A DNA stretch of 62,427 nt, filler included, from Actinomycetota bacterium (GTDB taxonomy: Bacteria; Actinomycetota; Actinomycetes; JAKEEW01): the NCBI GenBank assembly GCA_046725875.1. It is 4 parts of 4 records of this genome, joined end to end, with 100 filler letters (N's around TTAATTAATTAA, not from the genome) between each part and the next. Parts side by side here need not be neighbours in the genome. Positions count along the whole stretch, not along the records: positions 11,729 to 31,101 come from JBKOZJ010000006.1; positions 31,202 to 37,615 come from JBKOZJ010000011.1; 2 more parts are not named here. One strand, written 5' to 3'. The notes under the pieces are model-generated. The model was not told where the DNA came from and did not search any database. It saw nothing but the letters and a program-made list of their open reading frames with translations. Both the position numbers and the translations under genes were made by a program. Of the stretch, positions 21,269-31,927 are shown piece after piece. The first letter of the stretch is position 1, and each line of letters starts with the position of its first letter.

Positions 21269-21811
21269 CTACTTCGCCTCGTAAGTGACCACGAGCGTTC
21301 CGCGGGCCAGCGCGTTGGCGTTGCTCATGAAGCCGACCGCGGCCGCCGAGGCGTCGGAGTCGAGCCCGAGCGACTCGACGGCGAGCGCGTGTACGACGAA
21401 GTAGTAGCGGTGCGGTCCACCGCCGGACGGTGGCGCGGCGCCACCATACGCCTTGCCGCCGAAATCGTTGCGTGCATGAATCGCGCCCTCGGGCAGGCCC
21501 TTCATGTCTCCGCTGCCCGCACCCTGTGGCAGCTCGGTGACCGACGCGGGGATGTCGAAGAGCAGCCAGTGCCAGAAGCCGCTCTCGGTCGGCGCATCGG
21601 GGTCATAACAGGTAACGGCGAAGCTCTTCGTGCCATCAGGAAACCCCGACCACCGCAGCTCCGGCGAGATGTTCTCGCCCGACTGCCCCCAGTCATTGAA
21701 GACATGGCGCTGCGGCACCGTTCCACCGCCGACCAAGTCGTCGCTTTCCAGGGTGAACGACGGGACCGGTTTGAGGAACTGGTACGGGTCCGGCCGGCGA
21801 GCGTCTGACAT
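21269..21811 (-). CDS. YbhB/YbcL PEBP (Raf kinase inhibitor-like) protein
   Basis: NISPELRW, YDPDAPTESGFWHW, GAAPP...HRYYF; AAGGAG RBS. Confidence 0.92.
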   Translation of the reverse strand: MSDARRPDPYQFLKPVPSFTLESDDLVGGGTVPQRHVFNDWGQSGENISPELRWSGFPDGTKSFAVTCYDPDAPTESGFWHWLLFDIPASVTELPQGAGSGDMKGLPEGAIHARNDFGGKAYGGAAPPSGGGPHRYYFVVHALAVESLGLDSDASAAAVGFMSNANALARGTLVVTYEAK

Positions 21812-22041
21812 CACGGACTCCTTTGTCTCGCTCTGGTGTACGAGTGGGAGCGTATGAGCTGTTCTCTGGTTCATGAGCAAGCGGCGGTACGGACTGAGAT
21901 CCTCGGCCCACCCGCTCATGATCGCAAGGTCTCAGTCGTAGTCTTTCCTGGGTCGTGGTCCAACCGGACGGTGACCCCCGGAGCGGGTCGCCGAGGCACG
22001 AGCGCGGCGCTGGAGTCGGGCAGTTGGACGGAGCGGACGGC

Positions 22042-22275
22042 ATGGCGCAAGAAGCGGGTCGGCCGCTGCTCCGCGTGGTCCGGGGGAGCCCGACCGCCAC
22101 GGAGCTCGCGGCGCTTGTCAGCGTGCTCGCCGCCCGCGCCCGCCAGCAGGCGACGGCGCGTGCGGCTGCCGAACGCCAAGCGCCGCTAAGCGCCTGGACG
22201 GAACGAATCCGGCTACTTCGCCGGCCGCTGCAGCCCGGGCCCGGGGCCTGGCGAGCGAGTGGCTGGCCCGGCTGA
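22042..22275 (+). CDS. accE: acyl-CoA carboxylase epsilon subunit (start uncertain)
   Basis: LRVVRGSPTATELAALVSVL...SAW...PGPGAWRAS. Confidence 0.85.
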   Translation: MAQEAGRPLLRVVRGSPTATELAALVSVLAARARQQATARAAAERQAPLSAWTERIRLLRRPLQPGPGAWRASGWPG

Positions 22276-22277
22276 CG

Positions 22278-22889
22278 ATGGGAGTCGCCAGTCTCCCGCC
22301 CCTCGTACTCGCCTCCGCTTCTCCGGCCCGGCTCGGCGTGCTTAGACGTGCGGGCTTCGACCCAGTAGTGGCAGTCAGCGGCGTCAAGGAGGCGGTGCGC
22401 CAGGGCGAATCACCACGCGAGCATTGCGGTCGGCTCGCCCGGGCCAAGGCGGCAGCCGTGGCCGCAGCCCAAGACGAGGGCTTGGTCATCGGCTGCGACT
22501 CGATGCTCGTCATCGACGGCCTTGCGCGGGGCAAACCGGCGTCAGCGGACGAGGCCCGCCGATGGTGGAAGGAGATGTCCGGGCGCCCCGGCACCCTGCT
22601 TACGGGCCACTGCCTTGTCGATGCTTCGACCGGCCGGAGCGCGGCCGATATCGCGGGTACGACGGTTCGCTTCGGCAAGCCGACCAAGGAGGAACTCGAC
22701 GCATATCTCCAGACGAGAGAGCCGCTCTCGGTGGCTGGATCATTCACGATCGAAGGCTTCGCCGGCCCGTTCGTCGACGGGGTCGACGGCGATCCGAACA
22801 ACGTCCTCGGCTTGTCTCTGCCACTCCTCCGCCGCCTGGTCGCGGACCTCGGCTATCGAATCACAGACTTCTGGGTCACTGACAGGTAG
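22278..22889 (+). CDS. maf: Maf nucleoside triphosphate pyrophosphatase
   Basis: LVLASASPAR, IGCDS, AGSFTIEG, NVLGLSL. Confidence 0.93.
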   Translation: MGVASLPPLVLASASPARLGVLRRAGFDPVVAVSGVKEAVRQGESPREHCGRLARAKAAAVAAAQDEGLVIGCDSMLVIDGLARGKPASADEARRWWKEMSGRPGTLLTGHCLVDASTGRSAADIAGTTVRFGKPTKEELDAYLQTREPLSVAGSFTIEGFAGPFVDGVDGDPNNVLGLSLPLLRRLVADLGYRITDFWVTDR

Positions 22890-23033
22890 CCCGCGTCGAG
22901 AGCCGAGCTCAGGTGGGGTGCGCCGCCCTCGCTTCCGAGTCGATGCGGGCGGCTCCACGGGGTCGAGAATTCGGCGTGGTTGCCCACAACCGGGGTCGGT
23001 CGGTCGGTCGGGCCGGGCCGCGGCGCGCCGAAC

Positions 23034-23228
23034 GATCAGGCAATGTGCCGAAGCCGTGAGTTTTGCGGTGACAGGGAGCAGGCAGTGTGCCAGGACCGTG
23101 CCAAAGGCGGCCAATTCGTCAAGGTCTCAGCACACTGCCCGATCGCGATCACTTGGGAACTCACGGTCCTCGCACACGGCCTGATCGCGATCGCTCGGTG
23201 ACTCGCGGTCCTCGCACACCGCCTGATC
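23034..23228. repeat. 42-bp-period repeat array: 2 copies in one orientation, 3 inverted
   Basis: Core ACTCrCGGTCCTCGCACACsGCCTGATC ends at 23186 and 23228 (degenerate copy ends at 23144); reverse-complement copies start at 23034 and 23076. Confidence 0.75.
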
Positions 23229-23264
23229 CTCGACCAGCTCGGCCAGATTAGGCGCCGGCGCGGA

Positions 23265-23951
23265 TCAGTTACGAGGAAGGCAGGCGGCGGCGCCGCGCTT
23301 GGAGGACATGGTTGTCGCCACCCAGATACCCGCGTCGTTCCGTTCCATCCTCGTGGCGTAGCGGACGACGCTCTGGTTGCCGGAGGGGCTGCGCAGCACG
23401 TGGCCGGATGCTCGCTCCATCGGATAAGCGTTCCGAAGGTCGGCGCACCACGCCACCTCCGCGGTGTCTCCGCTCACTCGGGCCGAACGGCGGTTCACGA
23501 GCACTGAGCCGGTCACGGTCCAGCCGTTCGCCCGGAACATAGCGACGACCTCCCGCATGTCCGATCGGACCGCCGAGCTTGTGTAGCGCCCGTACAAGGG
23601 GTCGTCGATGTCACCGCGGCCGATTGCTTGATACCAGGCCGCGAAGAGCACGGCGGTGTCGGTGAGCGCGGCCTGCTCGTCGGCGTTGAGCCCGCGCACC
23701 GGCTCGAATCTGATCGTGAAGCGCTTCGGCAGCTCGATGAGCAGCCCGCCGGTCGCGGCCGATGTCGACAGCACAGACCCGGGAGGCTGCCCGGCCGCCC
23801 GGTCCCGTTCCCCCCGGGCCTGCGCCGCCGTATCGCCGGCGCCCAACCCGGGGCGGGCCGACACCCCATCCTCGCCGATCAGCGCGCAGCCGGCGATGCC
23901 GAGCCCGGCAATCGTCGCCACCAGACCGGCGAGCGGGCGACGTAGGTGCAT
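23265..23951 (-). CDS. putative lipoprotein
   Basis: Signal peptide with lipobox IAGC; two further Cys. Confidence 0.7.
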   Translation of the reverse strand: MHLRRPLAGLVATIAGLGIAGCALIGEDGVSARPGLGAGDTAAQARGERDRAAGQPPGSVLSTSAATGGLLIELPKRFTIRFEPVRGLNADEQAALTDTAVLFAAWYQAIGRGDIDDPLYGRYTSSAVRSDMREVVAMFRANGWTVTGSVLVNRRSARVSGDTAEVAWCADLRNAYPMERASGHVLRSPSGNQSVVRYATRMERNDAGIWVATTMSSKRGAAACLPRN

Positions 23952-24433
23952 GCGATATCCAAGCTGGCCACTAACGAGGCCCGAAGTGGGCGAGCCGCCA
24001 GAGGAGTTGACGACCCTGCCGGAGAATAGCGCTGTTCCCACCGCCCGCGGACACGTGGGAACCGGGGCGTGCCCTTGGTCGTGGGCTGTCCCGTCTCGCC
24101 TGGGAGGATCGTTCGAACGGAGATCATCCTGGGGAGCGGAAGGGTGCCCGGACCGCTGGCTACCTCGACATTTCGGCTTCACCGACGCCTAGATGGGAAG
24201 GTGCCGGCACCCACGACGCTGCCGCGCAGCGCCTCACGCGGACTTAGTGCGGCACTGCCGTCCCTCGAGCCCGCGGACGACCAAACGTGGCCGCATTCGA
24301 CGGGTGACGCGGGCGCGGCCGGGCAGTGCCTGGTCGGCTCGCCCGAGCGCGGGCAGCGGCCAGTCGGCGCGCAGAGGGCGGGGGGTTCGCCAGCGCCCTA
24401 GACTCGCGAGCGGAACCAGGAGGTGCCGGACAA

Positions 24434-26200
24434 GTGCGCAAAGTGCTGATCGCCAACCGGGGCGAGATTGCGGTACGCATCGCCCGTGCCTGCCGGGATG
24501 CCGGCAAGGCGAGCGTCGCGGTCTACGCCGAGCCCGATCGCGATGCGCTGCACGTCCGGCTCGCGGACGAGGCCTACGCGCTCGGCGGCAGCACTCCGGG
24601 GGACAGCTACCTCGCCATCGACAAGATCCTCGAAGCGGCGAAGACCTCCGGTACGGATGCGGTTCACCCCGGCTACGGTTTCCTCGCCGAAAACGCTGAA
24701 TTTGCCGAAGCGGTACTCGCCGCGGGCCTGATCTGGATCGGCCCGCCGCCGGCGGCAATCGTCGCGCTCGGCGACAAGGTGCAGGCCAGACACATCGCGC
24801 AGCGGGCCGGCGCCCCGCTGGTGCCTGGGACCGCCGATCCCGTATCGAGCGTGGACGAGGTGGTCGCCTTCGCCACGGAGCACGGCCTGCCGGTTGCGAT
24901 CAAGGCGGCGTTCGGCGGTGGCGGGCGGGGGCTGAAAGTCGCCCGAACGCTGGCCGAGATCCCTGACCTGTACGAATCGGCTGTGCGCGAGGCGGTCGCC
25001 GCGTTCGGGCGGGGGGAATGCTTCGTGGAGCGATACCTCGACCGGCCGCGACACGTCGAGACGCAATGCCTGGCCGACCAGTACGGCAGCGTCGTCGTCG
25101 TTTCCACGCGTGACTGCTCCCTTCAGCGCCGGCACCAGAAGCTCGTCGAGGAGGCGCCGGCGCCCTTCCTGACCAACGCGCAGGCGAAGGAGCTCTACCG
25201 GGCCTCGAAGGCAATCTTGAAGGAGGCCGGGTACGTCGGCGCTGGCACCTGCGAGTTCCTCGTTGGCCAAGACGAGACCGTCTCCTTCCTGGAGGTCAAC
25301 ACCCGGCTGCAGGTGGAGCACCCCGTGACCGAGGAGGTCACCGGGATCGACCTGGTGCGGGAGATGTTCCGCATCGCCGACGGTCAGCCGCTCGGATACG
25401 ACGATCCCGAGATCCGCGGCCACTCGATCGAGTTCCGGATCAACGGGGAGGATGCCGGCCGAAACTTCCTGCCCGCCCCTGGCACCCTGCGTGTGTGGCG
25501 GCCGCCGTCCGGCCCGGGCGTGCGGGTGGATGCAGGGGTGGAACGGGGCACCACCGTAGGGCAGGGTTTCGACTCGCTGCTGGCGAAGCTGATCGTCACG
25601 GGCGCGACCCGGACAGAGGCGATCGAGCGGGCCCGCCGGGCCCTGGCGGAATTCGAAGTCGACGGCGTGCCGACGGTGCTGCCGTTCCACCGTGCCGTGG
25701 TCGAGGATCCGGCGTTCGCCCCGGCCGACCCGCAGACGCCGTTCTCCATACACACGCGCTGGATCGAGACGGAGTTCCCGAGCAACATCGCACCGTACAC
25801 AGGCGACCCGGCCGGCGAGGATGAGGCCACCACAGAACGGATAACGGTCGAGGTCGGCGGCAAGCGGCTCGAGGTCGTACTCCCGGCTGGACTGGGCCTG
25901 ACCGAGACCTCGGCTGCGGTGCCCGGAGGTGGCCGGAAACCGCCCGGCGGAAGGTCCGGCAAGAAGGCCGCAGGGGCGGTGTCCGGCGACGCGCTCACCT
26001 CTCCGATGCAGGGGACGATCGTCAAGGTGCTCGTCGAGGAGGGACAGCACGTCGAACACGGCGACCTCGTCGTCGTCCTCGAGGCGATGAAGATGGAGCA
26101 GCCGCTGAACGCGCACAAGTCAGGCACCGTTAGCGGCCTCGTGGCTGAAGTTGGCGCCACGGTGGCCAGTGGCGCCGTCTTGTGCGACATCAAGGGGTAG
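24434..26200 (+). CDS. bccA: acyl-CoA carboxylase alpha subunit (biotin carboxylase + BCCP; AccA3/BccA)
   Basis: [46 protein letters not shown]. Confidence 0.95.
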   Translation: MRKVLIANRGEIAVRIARACRDAGKASVAVYAEPDRDALHVRLADEAYALGGSTPGDSYLAIDKILEAAKTSGTDAVHPGYGFLAENAEFAEAVLAAGLIWIGPPPAAIVALGDKVQARHIAQRAGAPLVPGTADPVSSVDEVVAFATEHGLPVAIKAAFGGGGRGLKVARTLAEIPDLYESAVREAVAAFGRGECFVERYLDRPRHVETQCLADQYGSVVVVSTRDCSLQRRHQKLVEEAPAPFLTNAQAKELYRASKAILKEAGYVGAGTCEFLVGQDETVSFLEVNTRLQVEHPVTEEVTGIDLVREMFRIADGQPLGYDDPEIRGHSIEFRINGEDAGRNFLPAPGTLRVWRPPSGPGVRVDAGVERGTTVGQGFDSLLAKLIVTGATRTEAIERARRALAEFEVDGVPTVLPFHRAVVEDPAFAPADPQTPFSIHTRWIETEFPSNIAPYTGDPAGEDEATTERITVEVGGKRLEVVLPAGLGLTETSAAVPGGGRKPPGGRSGKKAAGAVSGDALTSPMQGTIVKVLVEEGQHVEHGDLVVVLEAMKMEQPLNAHKSGTVSGLVAEVGATVASGAVLCDIKG

Positions 26201-26210
26201 CTTCTGCGGT

Positions 26211-27647
26211 ATGCGTAGGGGATCCCCGCAGGTTGCAGCTGAGCCGGGGAGCGCGCAGACGAGGCAGGCTCGGTTAAGGCGCCACGGAGCCCGCTGGGCA
26301 GTCGCGTTGCCGTTGCTCGTGACGATTACCGCGCTGATACCTGCCGCCCGGCCGGCACAGGGGGACGAATCGCCGACCGCTCCGCCGCCGGAGGCCCGGG
26401 TCCGCGGCGCCAGGACCACCGACCCGATTGCCCGCGCCGCCGAAGCGTTCGCCAGGGCGGAGCACTTGTACGTGGATCCAGCGGCAGCATCAGCTCTCAC
26501 CGCCGATGAGGTAAGCCACATTGCCGACCGCCTCAACCGGGCGGCCACCCCGATCTATATTGCGCTGTTTCCGAAGGACATCCTCAAGAAGACCGACGGG
26601 AACGCGACACTGCTGGCGGCCGAGGTCCACCAGGCGGCGGGCAGTCCGGAAGGTACGGTCGCGGTCCTAGCCGGCGGTACCTTCGCGGCCGGCTCCACAA
26701 TCCTTGGCGTGCGCGCCCGTAACATCGCGGCGGAAGTCGCTCTGCGCGTCACCAAACCCGCCGACCGACTCATGACCTTTATAGATGGGATCGGGCTTGC
26801 GGCCACATCGCCACCCGCCGAGCTGGCCGAGCAACAAGGCACCTCCCACCGACAATCCGACCAGTTGTCTGTCGGCTGGCTCCTGCCCGCCGCGGTTCTA
26901 GGCGCGGCCGGCTGGCTGCTCTACCTACGCCGGCGGCGGCGCAACCGGGAGGCCGATGGCCTGCGGATGGTGATCAGGGCGGTCGACGAAGATCTGGCTG
27001 CCTACGGCCGCGAACTCCGCGCCCTCGACTCGCGCTTGCGGGTCGCGGCCGCGGACGCTCCGACCCGCAGCGACTACGGACGGGCGCTCGAGGCGTACGA
27101 GCGGGCGAAGCAAGCCGCGTCTCGGACGACTCACTTGGACGAGGTTGAAACAGTGACGGCCGCATTGGAGCAAGGTGGGCACGCCGTGGCATCGGCACGA
27201 GCCCGGATGGCCGGCGAACCGCCGCCCGCGCACTGCCCTCCATGCCTCTTCAACCCCCAGCATGGCCCGGCCGCCCGCGACATCGCCTGGACGCCGCCGG
27301 GGAATGACTCGCGGCCAATCCCGTGCTGCGTTGCGGACGCGCGGCGGCTCAGCAAGGGGGAACCGCCCGATGTGCGGATGGTGCGGTACGGCGACGGCAT
27401 CCGGCCGTACTGGGACACCGGGCCGGCCTACGCGAGCTGGGCGCAGGGGTGGTATGTCGCGTACGGTCCCAGGTTGCTCCCGATGCTGCTGTATGGCACC
27501 GCGCTCGGCGACGTTTGGGATGACCCAACGACACCGACGGCTGAGTCCCCGCTCGACGACCTTGTCGGTGATCCGGCCGAGCGCGGGCCGGCGGTCGTCC
27601 GGCGGCATGGGAGACGTTCAGAAGCCTCCCCGGGGCCGCGTCGGTAG
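26211..27647 (+). CDS. conserved actinobacterial membrane protein (extracellular TPM-like domain, TM, coiled coil, Cys-containing tail)
   Basis: Signal/TM, second TM then RRRRR, PCLFNPQHGP, IPCCVADA, RPYWD. Confidence 0.7.
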   Translation: MRRGSPQVAAEPGSAQTRQARLRRHGARWAVALPLLVTITALIPAARPAQGDESPTAPPPEARVRGARTTDPIARAAEAFARAEHLYVDPAAASALTADEVSHIADRLNRAATPIYIALFPKDILKKTDGNATLLAAEVHQAAGSPEGTVAVLAGGTFAAGSTILGVRARNIAAEVALRVTKPADRLMTFIDGIGLAATSPPAELAEQQGTSHRQSDQLSVGWLLPAAVLGAAGWLLYLRRRRRNREADGLRMVIRAVDEDLAAYGRELRALDSRLRVAAADAPTRSDYGRALEAYERAKQAASRTTHLDEVETVTAALEQGGHAVASARARMAGEPPPAHCPPCLFNPQHGPAARDIAWTPPGNDSRPIPCCVADARRLSKGEPPDVRMVRYGDGIRPYWDTGPAYASWAQGWYVAYGPRLLPMLLYGTALGDVWDDPTTPTAESPLDDLVGDPAERGPAVVRRHGRRSEASPGPRR

Positions 27648-28591
27648 TGTTGCCCGACGTGCCCGCCGCGAGGATGCTGCTGGGGAAGCTCGCCCGTCGG
27701 GGAAGGCGTCTGTCTGCGGTGGCGATTCTGCTGCTGGGTGGCTGCTCTATAGCGCCTGGGTCCGGCGGCGATGGCACGGACGACGCGACCGTAAGCAAGG
27801 CAACGTCGGTCGGGATCCCGCCGTCGATCTCGGCGCCGCCCAATGGCGACGTGACCGCCGAAGGTGAGCCGACGTCTCCGGCAAGCTCCGCCCCAACCGG
27901 CCGCGCAAGACCAACCCTCACCGGCCGGGTCCTCGTGCTAGATCCGGGTCACAACGGTGGCAACGGCGAACACGCTGAGCAGATCTCTCGCCTGGTCGAT
28001 GCGGGCGGTTTCGAGAAGCCGTGCAACACGGTAGGCACAAGAACGCAGTCCGGATACTTGGAAGCGACCTTCAATTGGCGAGTTACACAGCTGCTGGCCG
28101 GCCGGCTACGCGCCGCTGGTGCGACGGTCGTACTCACTCGAAACGGGAACGACGGCTGGGGTCCATGCGTGGACGCGCGCGGGAAGACGGCCGCCACGAA
28201 GCATGCCGACCTCCTGCTGTCGATTCATGCAGACGGGGCACCCAGCACTGCCCATGGCTTCCACGTGATCTCGCCCGCCCGGCTCGATGGCTACACCACC
28301 GCTGCGGCGGCGCGAGAGTCGGCGGTGCTAGCCCGCGCGATACGCGATGCGATGGTCGGTGCCGGCTTCGAGACCTCGACGTATGCGGGACGTGACGGGC
28401 TCGTGGTGCGCAGCGACTTGGGGACGCTCAATCTCGCGGGTACGCCCGCCGCAATGGTTGAGTGTGGCAACATGCTCAACCGCGCCGACGCCGCACTCAT
28501 GGAGAGCGCGGCAGGACGGAACCGGATCGCGGCCGCCCTTGCCGCCGCGATCCGACACATCCTCGAGACCACCCCGCACAAACGCCGTTGA
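27647..28591 (+). CDS. N-acetylmuramoyl-L-alanine amidase (Amidase_3), probable lipoprotein
   Basis: LGGC lipobox, VLDPGHNG, LSIHADG, MVECGNM. Confidence 0.92.
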   Translation: MLPDVPAARMLLGKLARRGRRLSAVAILLLGGCSIAPGSGGDGTDDATVSKATSVGIPPSISAPPNGDVTAEGEPTSPASSAPTGRARPTLTGRVLVLDPGHNGGNGEHAEQISRLVDAGGFEKPCNTVGTRTQSGYLEATFNWRVTQLLAGRLRAAGATVVLTRNGNDGWGPCVDARGKTAATKHADLLLSIHADGAPSTAHGFHVISPARLDGYTTAAAARESAVLARAIRDAMVGAGFETSTYAGRDGLVVRSDLGTLNLAGTPAAMVECGNMLNRADAALMESAAGRNRIAAALAAAIRHILETTPHKRR

Positions 28592-28671
28592 CCTCCTTCT
28601 TCGTAATCAGCGGAGGCATCCCCCGCGGCGGGCAGGGGTTTACGGCACCAGCTCCCGGATAGTCGGCTGCC

Positions 28672-29328
28672 ATGGACGGGCCCATCAACGAACTACCGGC
28701 CGCAGTGCTTTTCGACCGCGATGGGACGCTCGTCGAGAATGTTCCATACAACGGGGACCCGACTCTGGTCCGACCGATCGCGGGAGCGGTCCGGGCCGTG
28801 TGGCGACTGCGCTCGGCGGGAATCCCCATCGGCGTCATCACGAACCAGTCGGGGGTGGCGCGCGGGCTGATCGACGCGGCTGCGGTCACCCTGGTCAACG
28901 CCCGCATCGACGAGCTCATCGGCCCGTTCGACACATGGCAGGTCTGCCCGCACGATACCGACCAAGGCTGCCGGTGCCGTAAACCGGGGCCCGGCCTCGT
29001 CGAGGCCGCGGCCGCCGACCTGGAAGTGGCAATAAACCGGGTTGCCGTCATCGGGGACATCGGCGCCGACGTAGACGCTGCTGAAGCCGCCGGAGCACGT
29101 GGCATCCTCGTCCCCTCGACGGACACGATGCCGGATGAGATTGCAGCGGCGGCTGAGGTCGCGGCGGACCTGGACGCGGCCGTGGATCTCCTCCTCGGGC
29201 AACGCCCAGCAGGGCCCGCCGGGACCTGCCCGGTCCGGCTGACCCCGGCGAAGACCGTTGGCGTTGATCGCGTTCCAAGCCGAGCTGTCGCATGGGTTGG
29301 CCCGGGTCGGGTAGGTCGCTGCGCATGA
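28672..29328 (+). CDS. HAD-IIIA hydrolase (GmhB/HisB-like)
   Basis: FDRDGTL, TNQSG, CPH...CRCRKP, IGD. Confidence 0.9.
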   Translation: MDGPINELPAAVLFDRDGTLVENVPYNGDPTLVRPIAGAVRAVWRLRSAGIPIGVITNQSGVARGLIDAAAVTLVNARIDELIGPFDTWQVCPHDTDQGCRCRKPGPGLVEAAAADLEVAINRVAVIGDIGADVDAAEAAGARGILVPSTDTMPDEIAAAAEVAADLDAAVDLLLGQRPAGPAGTCPVRLTPAKTVGVDRVPSRAVAWVGPGRVGRCA

Positions 29329-30347
29329 GCACTGAGTCCCGCGGATGGCGGCAGCAACACCGGGACCCGGACCGGCCCGTCGTGGTGGTGACCGGAGCGA
29401 GCGCCGGGGTTGGCCGGGCGACCGCGGTGGAATTCGCGCGTCGTAACGCGGCCGTTGGCCTCCTCGCCCGGGGGGAGAGCGGGCTCGATGCGGCCGTCGA
29501 GGATGTACGCAGGGCCGGTGGCGTCGCCGTTGCCATACCAACCGACGTCGCGGACTGGGCCCAGGTCAACGCCGCCGCCGATCGGGTCGAGGAGGAGCTC
29601 GGCCCGATCGACGTGTGGGTAAACAACGCATCAACGACCGTGTTCGGGCGGTTCGTCGACTCGTCTGCCGAGGAGTTCCGCCAGGCGACTGACGTCACTT
29701 ACCTCGGCGTGGTGCATGGAACCCGCGCTGCGCTGGACCGGATGCTCGGCCGTAACCACGGCACCATAGTTCAGGTCGGGTCGGCCCTCGCCTACCGGGC
29801 GATCCCCTTGCAGTCCGCATACTGCGGGGCCAAGCATGCCATCAAAGGTTTCACGGAGTCCGTACGCACCGAACTCATGCACGAACGCAGCGCCGTTCGC
29901 ATCACTATGGTGCAGCTGCCCGCCCTGAACACACCCCAGTTTGACTGGGTGCTCTCCCGGCTACCCCGGCGGGCGCAGCCGGTGCCACCGATCTTTCAAC
30001 CGGAGGTGGCGGCGCGAGCCATCGCATATGCCGCCGACTATCCGGATCGGAAGGAGTACTGGGTCGGCGGTCCGACTGTCGCGACGCTCCTCGCGAATCG
30101 GATTATTCCGGCGCTTCTCGATCGCTACCTCGCTCGAACCGGTGTCCAATCACAGCAAGCCCGCGAGCCGGAACAGCCTGACCGACCGCACAACCTTTGG
30201 AAGCCGCTGGACGGCAGGTCTGGCTCAGATCATGGCGCTCGCGGCCGCTTCAGCGGGACGGCCAAAGACCGCAGCCGGCAGGCAAACCTGGCGCGCCTCC
30301 TTCGGGACAGCGGCCGCCGCGTACGGGCCGTACTGCGCGCCGGCTGA
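29325..30347 (+). CDS. SDR oxidoreductase
   Basis: TGASAGVG, VWVNNA, YCGAK; ATGA overlap with the HAD gene. Confidence 0.92.
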   Translation: MSTESRGWRQQHRDPDRPVVVVTGASAGVGRATAVEFARRNAAVGLLARGESGLDAAVEDVRRAGGVAVAIPTDVADWAQVNAAADRVEEELGPIDVWVNNASTTVFGRFVDSSAEEFRQATDVTYLGVVHGTRAALDRMLGRNHGTIVQVGSALAYRAIPLQSAYCGAKHAIKGFTESVRTELMHERSAVRITMVQLPALNTPQFDWVLSRLPRRAQPVPPIFQPEVAARAIAYAADYPDRKEYWVGGPTVATLLANRIIPALLDRYLARTGVQSQQAREPEQPDRPHNLWKPLDGRSGSDHGARGRFSGTAKDRSRQANLARLLRDSGRRVRAVLRAG

Positions 30348-30401
30348 CTGCCACGGGCTGATGGAGCCTCGGCCGCTGCTTCGAATATGCCGATTGAGTG
30401 C

Positions 30402-30806
30402 TTAGCGGGCCTTAGCGGTAGCCCGGCGATTCGCCTTCTTGATGGCGTTGACGAGGTCGCCCTTGTTCATCCGCGCCCGGCCGGGAATGTCGAGACGCTT
30501 CGCGATCTCCATGAGGTGCGACTTGGACGCGTTCGCGTCGACGCCCTCGGCCGTCTTCGCGGGCCGCTCCCTCGATGCGGGCACTCGCTTCTTGGCCTGC
30601 CGATCCGACGGGCCTTTGCGTCCCTTACGCTCCCAGCGGTCGCCCACCTTCTCGAAGCTGTGCTTCAGCGCGGCGAACGCGGTCATATGGGCCCGGCGGC
30701 CCTCGCCGTAGGTCTCCACCGCGGAGTCGTGGACCTTGATCCACGTCTCCTGGGCGTCCTTCGGCGATTTCCGCAGTGTCGACGGTAGGTCCTCGCGGGC
30801 TGGCAT
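30402..30806 (-). CDS. ChaB-family protein with C-terminal Rho-N-like domain
   Basis: LPSTL...AQETW...AFAALKHSFEKVGDRW; SKSHLMEIAKRLDIPGRARMNK. Confidence 0.85.
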   Translation of the reverse strand: MPAREDLPSTLRKSPKDAQETWIKVHDSAVETYGEGRRAHMTAFAALKHSFEKVGDRWERKGRKGPSDRQAKKRVPASRERPAKTAEGVDANASKSHLMEIAKRLDIPGRARMNKGDLVNAIKKANRRATAKAR

Positions 30807-31101
30807 GACTCCCTCCCTGGACTCCACTCCGGATATTCCTGGATATTCCTACAGTTTGATCGTTTGCCCGTTCCGCACCAGCTCTAACGTTGGCCGGGCC
30901 GGGGCCTAGGCCTCGGCCCGGCTGCGCGGCTGCTCGGGCGAACGCGGGACTAGCGCAAGGCCGGAGTGGAGTGCTGCCAATCTCCGCTAACTCAGCTATA
31001 CGCGCGTCGGCCGGTCGACCCGCTCGTCACTGGTCAGCCGACCGCGCGCCGTTCCTGCAGGATCCGAAGGTGACGGGCCGTGTTCGGCAGCAAGCTCGCC
31101 C

Positions 31102-31201
31102 NNNNNNNNNNNNNNNNNNNNNNNNNNNNNNNNNNNNNNNNNNNNTTAATTAATTAANNNNNNNNNNNNNNNNNNNNNNNNNNNNNNNNNNNNNNNNNNN
31201 N
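31102..31201. other. artificial contig spacer
   Basis: 44 N + TTAATTAATTAA + 44 N. Confidence 0.98.
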
Positions 31202-31379
31202 ACGCCGCCACCTCGAACATGTTGACGGTGACTTGCTGCCCCTCGTAGAAGACGGGCCTTTGAGTCGAAGCGCCGTTCGGGCTCCCCTGCGCGAGCGCGG
31301 TGCCGGCCGTGAGGGCAACGAACAGGCCCCCGGTGACGAGGAAGGCTCCGATCCTCACTGTGACTCTGTTCAGCCGCAT
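31202..31379 (-). CDS. secreted protein, N-terminal part (cut by contig end)
   Basis: Signal peptide ending ALA-Q; GGGAGG RBS. Confidence 0.65.
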
Positions 31380-31784
31380 GCTGAACCTCCCTTGTGTCGA
31401 AGCGGGACCTTCCCGCCCCGTATTGGGGACTACGTGCGGGTTCGTATCAAGGTTCACTGAAACGAGGTAAACGCTCGGCGACCAGGTTCCCATTCATTTC
31501 TGAAGTCGACAGGATGGTCTGCACCTGATCAGTGGCATCGGGGCGCCGAGTCAACTTCGGGAAGGGGATCACCCGCAGCAACCCTCCGCTGGACGAGGCT
31601 CAGCACACCTAGGTGTGCCGTTCTCGATCTCGCGATCAGTCCGCTGCCGACGCTCGGTAGTGCCGGTTATCGCGTGCCCGGCGGAACACGCGCTCATGCC
31701 GCTCCTGGTGTGCGGTCCTGCCGCAGGTTGCGGTCTCCGGTTGCCGCGCACCGCCTTGCCGGCAAACTTTGGGTCGGCGGGAGC

Positions 31785-31826
31785 CGTGAGGGATTCCGGA
31801 GGTGTGGGTCAGCAGATGTCGCACTC
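31785..31826 (-). pseudogene. serine hydrolase (beta-lactamase family) micro-relic
   Basis: Isolated VRHLLTHTSGIP motif without the flanking domain. Confidence 0.35.
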
Positions 31827-31927
31827 GGGCCGGAGGCCGGCGCCTTGTGCGCGATGCGAATGGCGGAGCTGTGGCATGACGCTGGCATGACGAACCGCGT
31901 TCCCGAACCGGACCCTGCCCAGCACGG

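Noticed and set aside
23034..23228. CRISPR array
   Set aside because: Units occur in both orientations and lack unique spacers of CRISPR length
28635..28665. SigB/SigF-type promoter (GGTTT...GGATAG) before the HAD-SDR genes
   Set aside because: The -10 match is imperfect; too weak to call from sequence alone
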